Assembly (NCBI GenBank): GCA_012295275.1
Contig: CM022667.1
Location: 496,001 to 560,000, forward strand
DNA length: 64,000 nt
Reading direction: 5' to 3'
Source of the DNA: Chrysomallon squamiferum
Taxonomy: Eukaryota > Animalia > Mollusca
This document shows, piece by piece, positions 52,965 to 64,000 of the stretch. The number at the start of each line of letters is the position of its first letter. Position 1 is the first letter of the stretch. Below the pieces are notes generated by a model. The model did no database searches, was not told the DNA's origin, and saw only the letters and a list, made by a program, of their open reading frames with translations. The translations under genes were made by a program, and so were the position numbers.

Positions 52965-55675
52965 TGAGTGTATATAACCAACACATAACATTAAAGACAT
53001 AACAGATAACATTAAAGATTTTGAAGAAAAACAGAAATTAAAATAATCTGTAATAATGAGGCAGTCATTTTCTTTGACAGAATGGTGTGATTAAGAACGC
53101 TAAAAAAAAACCAGTAGCCTATTTTACTTACTCTTGTGCTTTTAACTTACTCTTTTCCCTCGTGACTCTGAGGCTGTGGTACTGGTTCTTTGAGTATCAT
53201 GGTGAAGTCGGAACTGCGGAGGGGAAACTGCCGGTAGTGTGTGATGAGGCTGTACAGACTGTCGAAGGTTATGGGGTCAATGAGGTAATACTTCACCTGT
53301 CCTCGCTCCTGTCGCGACCGGATTCGACAATGGTTCACTTTACCCTGTCGCCTGAAATAATCAAACTTAAATGTTTAAAACTTCACAGGCAAACTGTGGT
53401 TGCTGATTTTTCTGAATGGCATGCTTAATCTCATGAGGAAAATAATGCCTGACAATGAGCTATTTTATATGCAGGATGCTTCTCAAAAAATATTGCCATG
53501 ATTTAAAACAATGAAGGATTTTAAAAACATCTGTTTCTGTTATTTCACAGGAGTGTACTATGACTTTATCAAGTTTCTACTTAAGATCTCTGGCAAATAT
53601 TTTAAGGTCTTTCAAAGAGTATATTTGGAAGAAAACAAAATAAATTTATAATAATAATTATAGCTAATAAAATTAAACAGTAAAAATCAATTATATTTGC
53701 CTTTATAAGAGAATATTACCAATCATGTACCTTTTAACTGTACTGTGAATAAAACAAATTAATTTGTAATTTTAATTTATTTTAAAAATTCTTTTAAAAA
53801 AAACATTTCTTAAAGTCAGGAATCAATCATAAGTATTTTTTTTGTTTTTTGTTAAAAGGATCAAAAAATAGAAAAATACTTTAAATTTAGCACAGTATCT
53901 TCATTAAATAACACATCTTATGTACTCATAAATATACAAAACTTTTATGCTGATGGGATATCCATTACAAATCATATGACACTAGTCATGTAATTAATGT
54001 TAGTAAAGAAAGAATGTTGTTTAGTGTTACTAACCAGAAGATAAAGAGAAATCTCCCACAAACGTGTCACTCTCCCTGACAAGGAAGGTTCCGTCGCCTA
54101 GGTAACTGTACTCCTTAAGAAGCTCTTCTGCACGACGTCTGCCCCCCTCCAGTCTGCCATGAAACCACTTTTCACTGAAGTGCAGCTCATCAGTTGGTCT
54201 ACCCTGTTCAAAAGGATCAGTGTACCAGTACTATTTTAAGAAGAATATTCAGATGGATGAGTACAATTTCTAAATAGAACGTTCAAATGGATCTGCTTGC
54301 CAGCACTATTTTAAAAAGAATATTCAGATGGATCAGTACTATTTTAAACACAATGTTCAGTATTAGTTATTTTAAATAGACTGTTCAGAGGGATCACAAC
54401 TGTTTCAAAATAATATTTGAATGGATCAATATATCAGTACTATTTTGAACATAACAATCCATTGGATCAATATTATTTGAAATACCATGGTGAAATGATC
54501 AAGTACACTCTGAGCAGTTGCGGTCAGCAGTCCACTAATCTTGTCTGCTATTACAAATAACCATATTACAGACCACCACCAATTTATTTGTAAAAGAAAC
54601 TTTGTTAAATTATGATGTTTTTATTAATTCCTCAAAATGATTATATATTATTCTGCCTTAATTTCAAACTAAAACACATGATGAAAATAATTTTTGACTC
54701 AAAATTCTCCTTTATTTTCACTGAAAAAACAAAACAAAATTTAAAACAGACGACAAATTAAGTTGTTAAAACATTGTTAAGATGTTATGTATTTTTTTTA
54801 ATGGCAATACAGATTTATACTGATTGTTTTTTTGCAACAGGATATATTAGATCTGGATTTTAAAATAAATAAATATGTAAGTAACATTTGACAATCTCCT
54901 GATGCATAAGACCATAATATTCAAACTGATTGTGCATTGTATATTTTTGGAATAGCATTAGATTTATACAGGCCTTTGATTTTAAAATAAATAAATATAT
55001 AAATAACATTCCTCAATTTCCTTGATGCATAAGGGAAGAGTATTCAAATGGATAGAATACTGTTAGAGATGGATCAGTGTATTATTAGACAGAGTATTCA
55101 AACAGATCACAAATCAAAGCTGTTGTTCTTGTTAAAGAATAAATAAAAACTACCTCAGGAGACCCACTGTCCTCTTCGTCATCGTTGTCATCGTCTTCCA
55201 TGCGAGTCTCCTCAGTGTAAAACAATTTCTGCTCGTTCAGCACAAAGAAGTGCGGATGCCAAGACTACAAAATAAAATAAGTTAATAAAAATTAATAAAT
55301 AAAATAAATAATAGTAATCTACAAAGATTTCTGAAAAAAATACAATAAATATCTTAGGTTTAAATATTGGTGCCAAGACTACAAATGAAATTTAATAAAT
55401 AAAATTTTGACAAACTAATGATTTAAAAAAAAAAAAATTAAATTATTATTACTACTAAAAACTAAGCTAATACAAACTAGAACTATTATTTATTACTTGC
55501 TAATACTACTAGAAAGATTTACTACCAATACTACTTCTTTTACTACAACATTTACTGCTATTCTACTATTGCTAATATAATTCCTTTTACTATTATTTTA
55601 CTACTACTACTGCTGCTCCTGCTACTGTGACAGATTTTGCTACAGCTACTGCACTGTTGTAACTACTATTGCTAC

Positions 55676-55726
<51 letters not shown>

Positions 55727-58292
55727 ATTATTCATTCTTTTTGAATTAAAAAGAAATTAAGAAAATTTAATTTACATGGTCTACTGGGTCTTCCAGGTAC
55801 ATCATTCCATTCTTCACCGAAGAACTCAGATCACCATCAGCATAACCTGAAATAACACAGGATAAACATAGGTAAAAATAAAACAGTTAAATAAAAATAA
55901 ATTAATACAGGTAAATTAAAATATTTTTTTGAAAAAAAAACAGTTTACAAATATATATATAAACTAAATTAAAATGAGATAATGAAGGTAACAGTAATAC
56001 AATAACAAACAAAAGATAAGAATAACAAAAAATAAAATAAAAATAGTTAAAATCATTAAAACAAAATCTATCAGAAACATCCATATTGTAAACTTTCTTA
56101 CTATCTTCACTAGAAACTGTGTATTTCCATTCATTTCCATCCACCCATTCAGGTAGTTTCTTATGCTGTAAAAAAAAATCAAATCACATAAAAAATAAAG
56201 ATATTGAAATCTTAAATTTTAAATTTAAAAAAAAAAAAGTGAACATTCATATGGAATACCAATATATATTTACACAAATGATACCTCAACAAATTTCAAT
56301 ATTAGTAATGAATAGATTTCAAACAAACCTTTTGGAGTAATTATTTCTGTTACAGAAAAAAAAAACCTCTTTGCTGCTCCACATGGATTTTTTTTTTCTA
56401 TTAGATATCTTTTATACAGGTTTCCTGCAGCTACCAGAAAATTATAAATGATTTTTCAATAATAATTATAATGATAAAATTGTATGACAACTGTTTCTTC
56501 CACAGACTGTAAAGAGAATCAAGGAAATTTAAACAAACAAGCAGTGAGGCTCTGTGTGGAACAGGAAAATTATGATTAAAGGTTTGGTGTGACAGCTCAC
56601 CTTTAGGATTATTTTGTGTTTTAGTTGTGCTGGGGACGGCAGTGTGGTTGCATCCTTGCAGACTGGTTCCATCAACAAGTGATCTGAAATATTAAAAAAA
56701 AATAGTAAAAAAATGATTCACAAAAATCAGGGGAAATTTTACTTTATTTCCACTTAACCTCAAAATGAAAGTCTTTATATTTGTATACTCTCTTTAGATA
56801 TACACACACACACAACATAAAGATATAGATAGATAAAAGACATTGGTCAAAGAAATGAAAACAACATTCTGATGAAAATTTTAATTTTAAAATTTTTAAA
56901 GTTTTTAACAATTTTTGAATAAATATCATATTCATCAGTTAAAAGACATATATCAATGGTGCATACAATACTAATAATATACTTAAATAGCAACTAAAAT
57001 CACTAAAGATACGCTTACCACCAAATATTTCTCTGAAAGCCATTGCCATATTTCTCTGCTGCCCTAAACTACAGTGGTTTTCTATAGACAAGATCAGTGG
57101 GTACCTGTAACACAGAACAATCAGTTCATTGTGGAGGGATAATAAGGTATTAAATATCTAAAAATTCATTGTTAATGCATACATTTAGTTTTGAAATATA
57201 AATTTAATTTATGAACACAGATAAACATTATGTCATCATTTTGTGGAAAACAATAACAGAATGATTTCATCATACAGAGAAAAAACAGATATAAAATGAA
57301 GAGAAATTTTATTTTCCTGTATAAGTCTATAATACAGTAAAGCAGTAACATATAAGGTAATTTCTGAACTGAAAAACTGACCATCCCCCAACCAAATTCA
57401 ACTGTTGAAAAATATATATATAAGTATACTTACTCTGATGCCACCCAGGCATGGTCTTTGATGACTTTGAGGACATCAAGGAATTTTATTTTAGATGTCA
57501 GTGTGTGACCATGGTAGATATATGGATGAGCATCTGGGCCATCCCAACAGTCCACTAAAATAACAGAAAGTAATAACAATAACAACAGTAATAACATATA
57601 TATATTTAAAATCAAACGTTAATTAACAAACAGAGAGAGAGAGAGAAAAGATGAAAATAATTAAAAAAAAGAGTTTTAACCAAACTGTTCTAAAACAATA
57701 AATTTGCATTCAACCAAAGCAAAATATACTAACAAAAAAAAAAAAAAAAAAAAAATCTGTATTGTATATCATTGCAGAAATTCAGGTTAAAATACAGCTT
57801 TTATTCTAAGAACCATTCAGTTTTTATTTCATCTATCATAACATCAGTGTCTTAAAGTATAATTTAACAATTCTAATGAATTGCTTGTTTTTCTAATATA
57901 CCATGTACAAGTCTGCCATTATAACTTTACCTAGACTGATACAGGTAAAGATAAATGTAAGCAATTTGACAAAAGTATATAACATACTTTTAGTAGTTGG
58001 TTAAATATTAATAATATTTATTTATGGAAGAATTAATTCTGCAAATTGGAACATGTTTTTAGGTCATCTGTCATGTTATTTGCTATTGGCTTGAGAAGGA
58101 AAATGCTGGGATAGCTAACACAAACCAGTGATGTCTGTTAAAACCAAAAATGTTAACTATCAGACAGACAGACAGACAGACAGACTGACTCACACTCAAG
58201 AGATCTGCAGCCCATCCGTAAACACCTGGCATAGGCTTCAACTGATGACTCACTAGACAACTGATCTCCTGTCAGATACCTGAAGTAACAGA

Positions 58293-58361
<69 letters not shown>

Positions 58362-58928
58362 GCAGTAATAACAATAACAATAACAATGATGTTGATGATA
58401 ATGAAAATAATGACAATGACAATAACAATAACCATAGTAATAATAATAATAATAATAACAGTAAAAGCTCAATTATAGTACAAAAAACAATAACAATAAA
58501 AATAATAAAAACAAAAATACAAGTTACAAAAAGCTTTCTGTCACATAAATGACATTAGAAACTACAGAAAAGAGAATTCTTGCATGTTATATAATACTGC
58601 AACCCAATAGTTTGAGAAGAGAGAAAAAAATCCAAAAAAATCAGTGTATTTCTAAAAATGATACAGATACGTATGATAAGTCTTGTCTGTTATGTAATGA
58701 TACCACAGAAATGTATCTGACGACCACAACTACAGCAGTGTCTTACGTGTTATGCGATGATGCAATCCAGTATTTGGACAGTGGCTGATTCATGTCCATT
58801 GTGACTCCATCCTTCGCAACATCCCAGACTGTGTTGTGTGGAGAGAACAGGTACTCTTCAAACTGTAAACATTACAAAGTTAAAACAAATAACAATAAAT
58901 TTTAAACAATTTTAAAACTGTATGTGAC

Positions 58929-58960
<32 letters not shown>

Positions 58961-58961
58961 A

Positions 58962-59003
<42 letters not shown>

Positions 59004-62000
59004 GTTTTCAATAGGGGGCATATCAGCATGTGATTTATTTTCACAAGTAATTGAGATAATATATGACCTATATACTTATTGCAAAAGGTGAACAAAAGGG
59101 CATATGTGTAACTGAATAAATCTATGTTCAAATATTTAAACACTATCTTTGAATTCCTCTTAAAAACACTATGAATTTTTCTTCCATCCCATATCTATAT
59201 ATATATTTATAAAACACAAAACACACACACATGACATTCAATATTCAATCCTAAAATTAAAGGCTGTAAAATTATCATAGATATATATATATATATATAT
59301 GAAAGCATAACTGGTTTCAAAATAAATTTAGGAGGTAATCAATAAAAAAAAAAAAAAAATAAATAAATAAATAAACAAATAAAGTAATAATAATAACACC
59401 CAGTAGGAAATACCAATAAAGTGAATTTAGTAGCAGCAAAAAAAAAAATTAGTAATAATTCCATTATATTATCTTTCATAATTTGTATATCCTCAAATTA
59501 AAATCTTTTTTCCAGTTCCAACTCTTTACCTCATATTCTGTGAAGTATAAACCACCAGCAGCTCGAACCATCTCATCAAGAAATCTCGTCATGATGTTTC
59601 TCACAATGGACAAATCTGTGGCACATTCGTACTGGCAAAAAAAAAAAAATTAAAATAATAATAATAGAAACAATATATTTAATGTTATTCACTAGTGATA
59701 TTTGTTTCCTAATATACATATCATTATAAATCTTACATAGGTGGCATAAAATAAGAACCATAATAACTAAATAATAAACACCGAAAATATTTTTTTTTTT
59801 TTTTTTTTTTTTTCAAATTACACTTTATAGGAATCAAATTTGATTATATACCTTCTGTTCTTGAACAAGGAATTGCTGAAACTTCTGAACATTCATTCTC
59901 CTGAAAAAAAAACCCAACAACATGAAAGCCATATTACTTTACATATTAAAAAGAATTACCAATAAATTACTGAATATCATTAATTTAAAATCTTCTTACT
60001 GAAATGGAAATATATAACAGAAGTAATGGTGACTTAAGTAGGAATATTACATGTGTGTGTGTGCATGTGTAAATACCAACTCATATACATACTTTAATAA
60101 TAAAACTTAATCTCTCCTTTTGCATGAGCATAATATAGTAAGAAAAGCTAGAACAGTAATTAATTTTCATTACATGAATTATAATTATCTCTGTTAATTA
60201 TAACTTTCACAAACCTTTCATTACCAACTGTTACAAAATAATTTTCAAAATTATCTGTAATTATCTGAAAAATATAAAATTATCAAAACTTAATATTAGA
60301 ACAGAATGCATTTATTTTTAAAAAATAAAGTAATAAAAATAAAAACCAAAAAATGTTAAATGAAACAACATGAAAAAAAAACCTACCCACAAATTTATGC
60401 AATATCAAATTACCAAAGTAACAAAAAAGACTAAAATAAATAACAAAAAGGATATCAAATAACCAATATAATAAAGATGCAAATGAGGCTGACAATAATA
60501 TATTAGATGAGGATAGAGCTAGTGAACACAACTGACAGTGGTTAATTTTCAAATTTAAATATTTAAATGTTAAAAGATAAATTGTTTGTTTTCATCTGTG
60601 TGGCTTAAATAATTTCGGCTTTCAAAACACAATATAATATGTAGGCCTCTCCCAAAATAAAACATCAGATTCTGTTAAAAACTAATTCATGTAAGCATAA
60701 AACTTACACTTTTCACATTGACCAGTTTGTGGTAGAGAGAAGAAAACTGCTCAAACACAATCTCTCCTTTTCCACTTGAGTCCACCTCCTACAAAAACAA
60801 AATACAATACAATTAACTATGGCTTCCATATTGTTTATTTCATCCAAATGAAATCTGTGTGAGACAGAATCAGAAAGAAGTTTTTTCAACAAAGCTGTGA
60901 GATGTACATATATTTGTTAGTCATTGATCAATGAAAAATAAGGTAGAATTCAATTTAATAATGGTAACAACCCATTATTACTACTATCATGGTTTAACAA
61001 TCCTTTATCCAAAATTCTACTGGAAAAATCACAAACATGCTACAGGTTATATCTGTACAGATAAATGAAGGCAAATACATTTAGACATATACAGATTGTG
61101 CACACACAAACACACACATACACACACACACACACACACACATTCACACATGTAAGACACACACGATATATTTTCACATTTTCTTCATTGTTAACTTCAT
61201 CAGTCTGGTAAAACTGAAAACCACATTATTCTCAATTTCAATACCACTAATGTAACTTTTATTTTGCTTGAATTGTATTGTAAGAAAACAAGCAGAAAAA
61301 TGACAGATAACCTACTTGAAATCTTTCTCTTAGCTTGTTGGTAGACATCTTGTAATTTATTCTGGGAAGCCATGCCTTTAGGCTCTTCAGTGTAACACTT
61401 GTTAAAACAAAAATAAAAAAAAGGTAAACAAATGTTAAAACATAACCTTACTATAGTAAAGTGAAGACAACCAAGAGTTAAGTTCATTCTGTGCACTTTA
61501 AAACAACATTTATTTTGTTTTTGTTGTTGTTGTTGAAATCTGAACCTTTGTTATTATTAAAGTTTGATGATAAAAAAATATATATATCCAATCAGTTCAT
61601 TTCAAGCATAGAAATGTCTTTTCAAAAAAGATCAAATATGTTACAAACTTCTTCTATCCTCAAACTATTGTTAAAAAGCTCTTGTTATCTTCAAATTTTC
61701 AGATTTTCATTTTTTTTTTTTTTTTTAAATATTTCCAGGTAGGAATTTACATTTATCTATATTCATTGTCAATTCTTTATTACTTACATCTCTGAACCCA
61801 CTTTCTCCATCAAGTAAAACTCTTTCCTTAGCCATCTGAAAAAATTTATAAATAAAAACATGAGTTTATTTTAACAATGATATACAATCATTAGTATTTT
61901 TTTTGAACACCCATGGAATAATAATATTAGGAATACATGAACAGGTAACTGAATATATAAACTAATATACACAGCATCTGCCATAGCAATTTTCTCATTA

Positions 62001-62901
62001 ATGTGGCTTGAAATTTGAACTCTAAGATATACTGTAAACAGTAATTAAGACAAGAATAAAAAACAGAATGCTGTGAGAAAAAATAAACTAAAAAGCCAAA
62101 GCACTGCCGACTTCATGAGTATCTGCAGAGGTTGCCATTGGTTACTCTGATTTTCTCAACCATCGTTTACAAAATTTTGGTAAAAGTTCCTACTCTTTCT
62201 GGAAGTCAAAGGGTTAAAAGACTGATAATTGTAATGGATAATATGAAGAATACTTTTACCTTTCAAGCTGCAGTTGGTATGATGCCTCTTTTGTGTCCTG
62301 TATTAGGTAGTCCAATCCTTTCATCCAGATGTTAAACTCATCTGAACTATTTGCTGTTTATAATATTAATCAAAATACAAAATAATGTTGAGTATGAAAG
62401 AAAGAAAATCACACAAATGTCATTCAGATTTCTGTTAGTAATAGAACAAACACAAAATAACATTAAAATCAAGACTGATCAAAATTAAAAAGAAAAATGA
62501 TATAACAGAAATATTAATTGTGCCTGATTCGGAAGGTTTAAATATTTTATGTGAAATAAAACAATTTAAAATTAAATAATAATACACAATACATCTCTTT
62601 TTGTCTGTCTACAACTCAGATATATCGTTGAGTCAATGTCATTACTTACTGTATATTTACTATCAAAAATCATAAACAACTGATACTTTTCCACAAACAA
62701 AGAGATGAATGAATTTTTTACAAATAATAAATAAAATAAAGTTTTACTTACCTACAATAGACAGTGTTTTTAATTTGAAGTCGTTTCCATAAAACACTGT
62801 AAAACAGAGTTTGCTTTCAAATTTCCTAGCCTCTTCTGGCCATCGCTCAAAATCCCTCGCATTTTTCCCTGGACGAACCTCTTTTACTTCCCTTAGACAG
62901 A
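36829..62901 (-). CDS. PLCG1: Phospholipase C-gamma (PIP2 phosphodiesterase gamma), 5'-partial
   Basis: Exons in transcript order: 62901-62752, 62353-62260, 61835-61788, 61397-61316, 60788-60708, 60264-60215, 59900-59852, 59631-59530, 58862-58747, 58279-58194, 57554-57434, 57104-57019, 56683-56601, 56165-56102, 55846-55776, 55264-55154, 54203-54035, 53351-53151, 52857-52735, 52195-52018, [51404-51336 or 49791-49726], 48289-48186, 47679-47528, 46748-46597, 41979-41883, 41442-41352, 40890-40720, 40059-39951, 39245-38972, 38426-38338, 37672-37487, 36877-36829. Domain order is PH ([17 protein letters not shown]), EF-like, X-box ([32 protein letters not shown]), split PH, nSH2, cSH2, SH3, cPH, Y-box ([22 protein letters not shown]) and C2, which is diagnostic of PLC-gamma. 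A single invertebrate gene would be co-orthologous to PLCG1 and PLCG2. Confidence 0.96.
38338..40059 (-). CDS. PLCG end of Y-box and C2 domain exons
   Basis: CGFVLKP.. / [60 protein letters not shown] / [26 protein letters not shown]. Confidence 0.96.
40140..40540. repeat. Degenerate repeat of about 30-45 bp in a PLCG intron
   Basis: Recurrent ACTG(G/A)TGATTTTGC(A/T)CATTTCCAAG motifs. Confidence 0.6.
40891..41351 (-). other. U12-type (minor spliceosome) AT-AC intron in the PLCG Y domain, 461 nt
   Basis: 5' end ATATCCTTTT at 41351, branch site TTTTCCTTAAC at 40910-40900, 3' end ..GAAACTCAC at 40891. Splicing joins FVQ to [13 protein letters not shown] in frame. Confidence 0.95.
42140..42290. 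mobile_element. Possible decayed SINE-like fragment
   Basis: GACATATGGTTAAG..CATGGGCTA..ATTAG..AAGGGATATTTTATATG(T/C)ACCA resembles, from memory only, an abundant gastropod tRNA-derived SINE. Not verified by search. Confidence 0.35.
45138..45176 (-). CDS. Candidate 39-nt PLCG cassette exon ([13 protein letters not shown])
   Basis: TTGTTTGCAG| acceptor, CTG|GTATGT donor, frame-preserving phase 0-0 inside a phase-0 intron. No homology support. Confidence 0.45.
46749..47527 (-). other. Probable GC-AG intron in PLCG
   Basis: The exon reads ..GCQT G|GCAATT. The next exon needs phase 1, and read-through hits TGA after 7 codons with no GT donor. Confidence 0.75.
47528..48289 (-). CDS. PLCG SH3 domain exons
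   Basis: [44 protein letters not shown]. Confidence 0.95.
49726..49791 (-). CDS. PLCG cSH2-SH3 linker exon, variant B ([22 protein letters not shown])
   Basis: Acceptor TTTTTTAG|, donor AGG|GTGAGT, 66 nt, phase 0-0, open frame. YE-PGIY resembles human PLCG1 YEGRNPGFY783. Confidence 0.8.
51336..51404 (-). CDS. PLCG cSH2-SH3 linker exon, variant A ([23 protein letters not shown])
   Basis: Acceptor TTCCAG|, donor AAG|GTAACA, 69 nt, phase 0-0, open frame, two Tyr residues. Confidence 0.8.
52018..54203 (-). CDS. PLCG tandem SH2 domains (4 exons)
   Basis: [27 protein letters not shown](FW) / [25 protein letters not shown] / [22 protein letters not shown] / [38 protein letters not shown]. Confidence 0.96.
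54204..54480. repeat. Degenerate repeat of about 35-45 bp abutting the nSH2 exon acceptor
   Basis: TTCAGATGGATCAGTACTATTTTAA-like units, with related copies near 55040-55110. Confidence 0.65.
56601..58862 (-). CDS. PLCG catalytic X domain exons
   Basis: [62 protein letters not shown]../[20 protein letters not shown]../[14 protein letters not shown]. Both catalytic His residues are present. Confidence 0.97.
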
Positions 62902-63680
62902 CTGGAAAACAAACACAGTATTATGTAATATACAAAATCTTTTAAATTTTTATCTTAACTTCCATCAGATATACCGAAAGAGTGAGTGAGTGAGTGTGTG
63001 AGTGTGTGAGTGTGTGTGTTATGTGTTATGTGTGTGTGTTTAATTAATTTACTGTATTACATAATAAGATAAACATCCTTCATCCTTTTGACACAACAAA
63101 AAATACATATAAATTTATTTTGTAATTACTATGTACAAGTAAATATATTTTGTGTTATGTAACTTGTAAATCAGAAACGACAGCAAAGGCATATATTAAA
63201 CTGATTTATTTACATTACTGAATATTTATTGTAATGCATGCTTTAGAATGAGTGTCACTACTTCTGCAAAAAGCAGAGATGTTCTTTTGGTCATTTTACC
63301 AATTATTTTCAACTTCTCTGACAATTATTAACAGATCATATCAAAAGAACAGTCTAAATATGAAAGTATACTTCACTTTTGCCCCTACCTCTTGTTTTAA
63401 AATATGTTATTTAAAGATCAGGCTTTGTATTTTCTGAATAATTAAACAAAAAGAAAAGAAAAGGCATGTTTAAGTACAGTATACTGTCTGAATGATCAGT
63501 TAATGTATAACTCTATTATTTATTGAAAAGCTGTCAGGACTATAGATATTTCTGTAGGAATAAATAAATCACTTTGAAATGAGATAAAATTTTAATTTTT
63601 ACCTGAAAGTGGATGAAGCATCAGCCACTAAAGTGTTCATTGTTAATTTAAAGAATTTAAAAAAAATAAAATAAAAAAAA

Positions 63681-63731
<51 letters not shown>

Positions 63732-64000
63732 TAAAATTAAAACAATTATTTTTTTCCTATTACACTATTTTATAAATACATTAACTAAAATTGATTTTGG
63801 TAATTTTCTTGATTACAATATTTTTTGTCATGTCATGTATTTTCCTGCCCATTAAAAAGTGCTTATAAAAAGAGTATTTGCTGCTAATAATAAACAGACC
63901 TCCTAGTACCAGTAGAGGTTTTAAGTTTGTGTAGCTACCCTTATATAACATAATCTTATGTTTAACACCTAATATTGCAATAACCATTCATCGATAAATG

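Noticed and set aside
53125-53150. Second AAGA|GTAAGT donor 19 nt downstream of the PLCG exon 53151 donor
   Set aside because: Its use would shift the frame and the match is short. At most it is a minor case of the splice-site duplication pattern.
36829-62901. PLCG as a pseudogene
   Set aside because: More than 30 exons have intact frames, catalytic residues and splice sites. One or two single-base indels are better explained as assembly errors.
63603-63627. 25-nt AG..GT-flanked segment as an upstream PLCG exon
   Set aside because: It shows no resemblance to the expected PH-domain sequence preceding (I/V)CLREVKEVR. The true upstream exon is probably outside the window.

Overview
AT-rich, microsatellite-laden animal genomic DNA. 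The taxon is probably an invertebrate, possibly a mollusc, but that is inference only. The window holds two convergent multi-exon genes, both reconstructed by hand from splice sites, intron phase and protein motifs. On + is a cyclic nucleotide-gated channel beta subunit (CNGB/TAX-2-like; 19 exons, 2272-28968, about 1200 aa). On - is a phospholipase C-gamma (PLCG; more than 30 exons, 62901 down to about 36829, 5' end outside the window). Main observations: (1) PLCG has two paralogous phase-0 exons, each encoding the activating-tyrosine cSH2-SH3 linker, separated by an intron rich in (U)GCAUG motifs; these are probably mutually exclusive. (2) PLCG contains a textbook U12 AT-AC intron and a probable GC-AG intron. 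(3) Exon edges and splice sites, and the CNGB stop codon, are repeatedly amplified into tandem arrays, often spaced by microsatellites. (4) Both genes have single-base frame breaks, most likely assembly indels. No prokaryotic features, RNA genes or CRISPR arrays were found.
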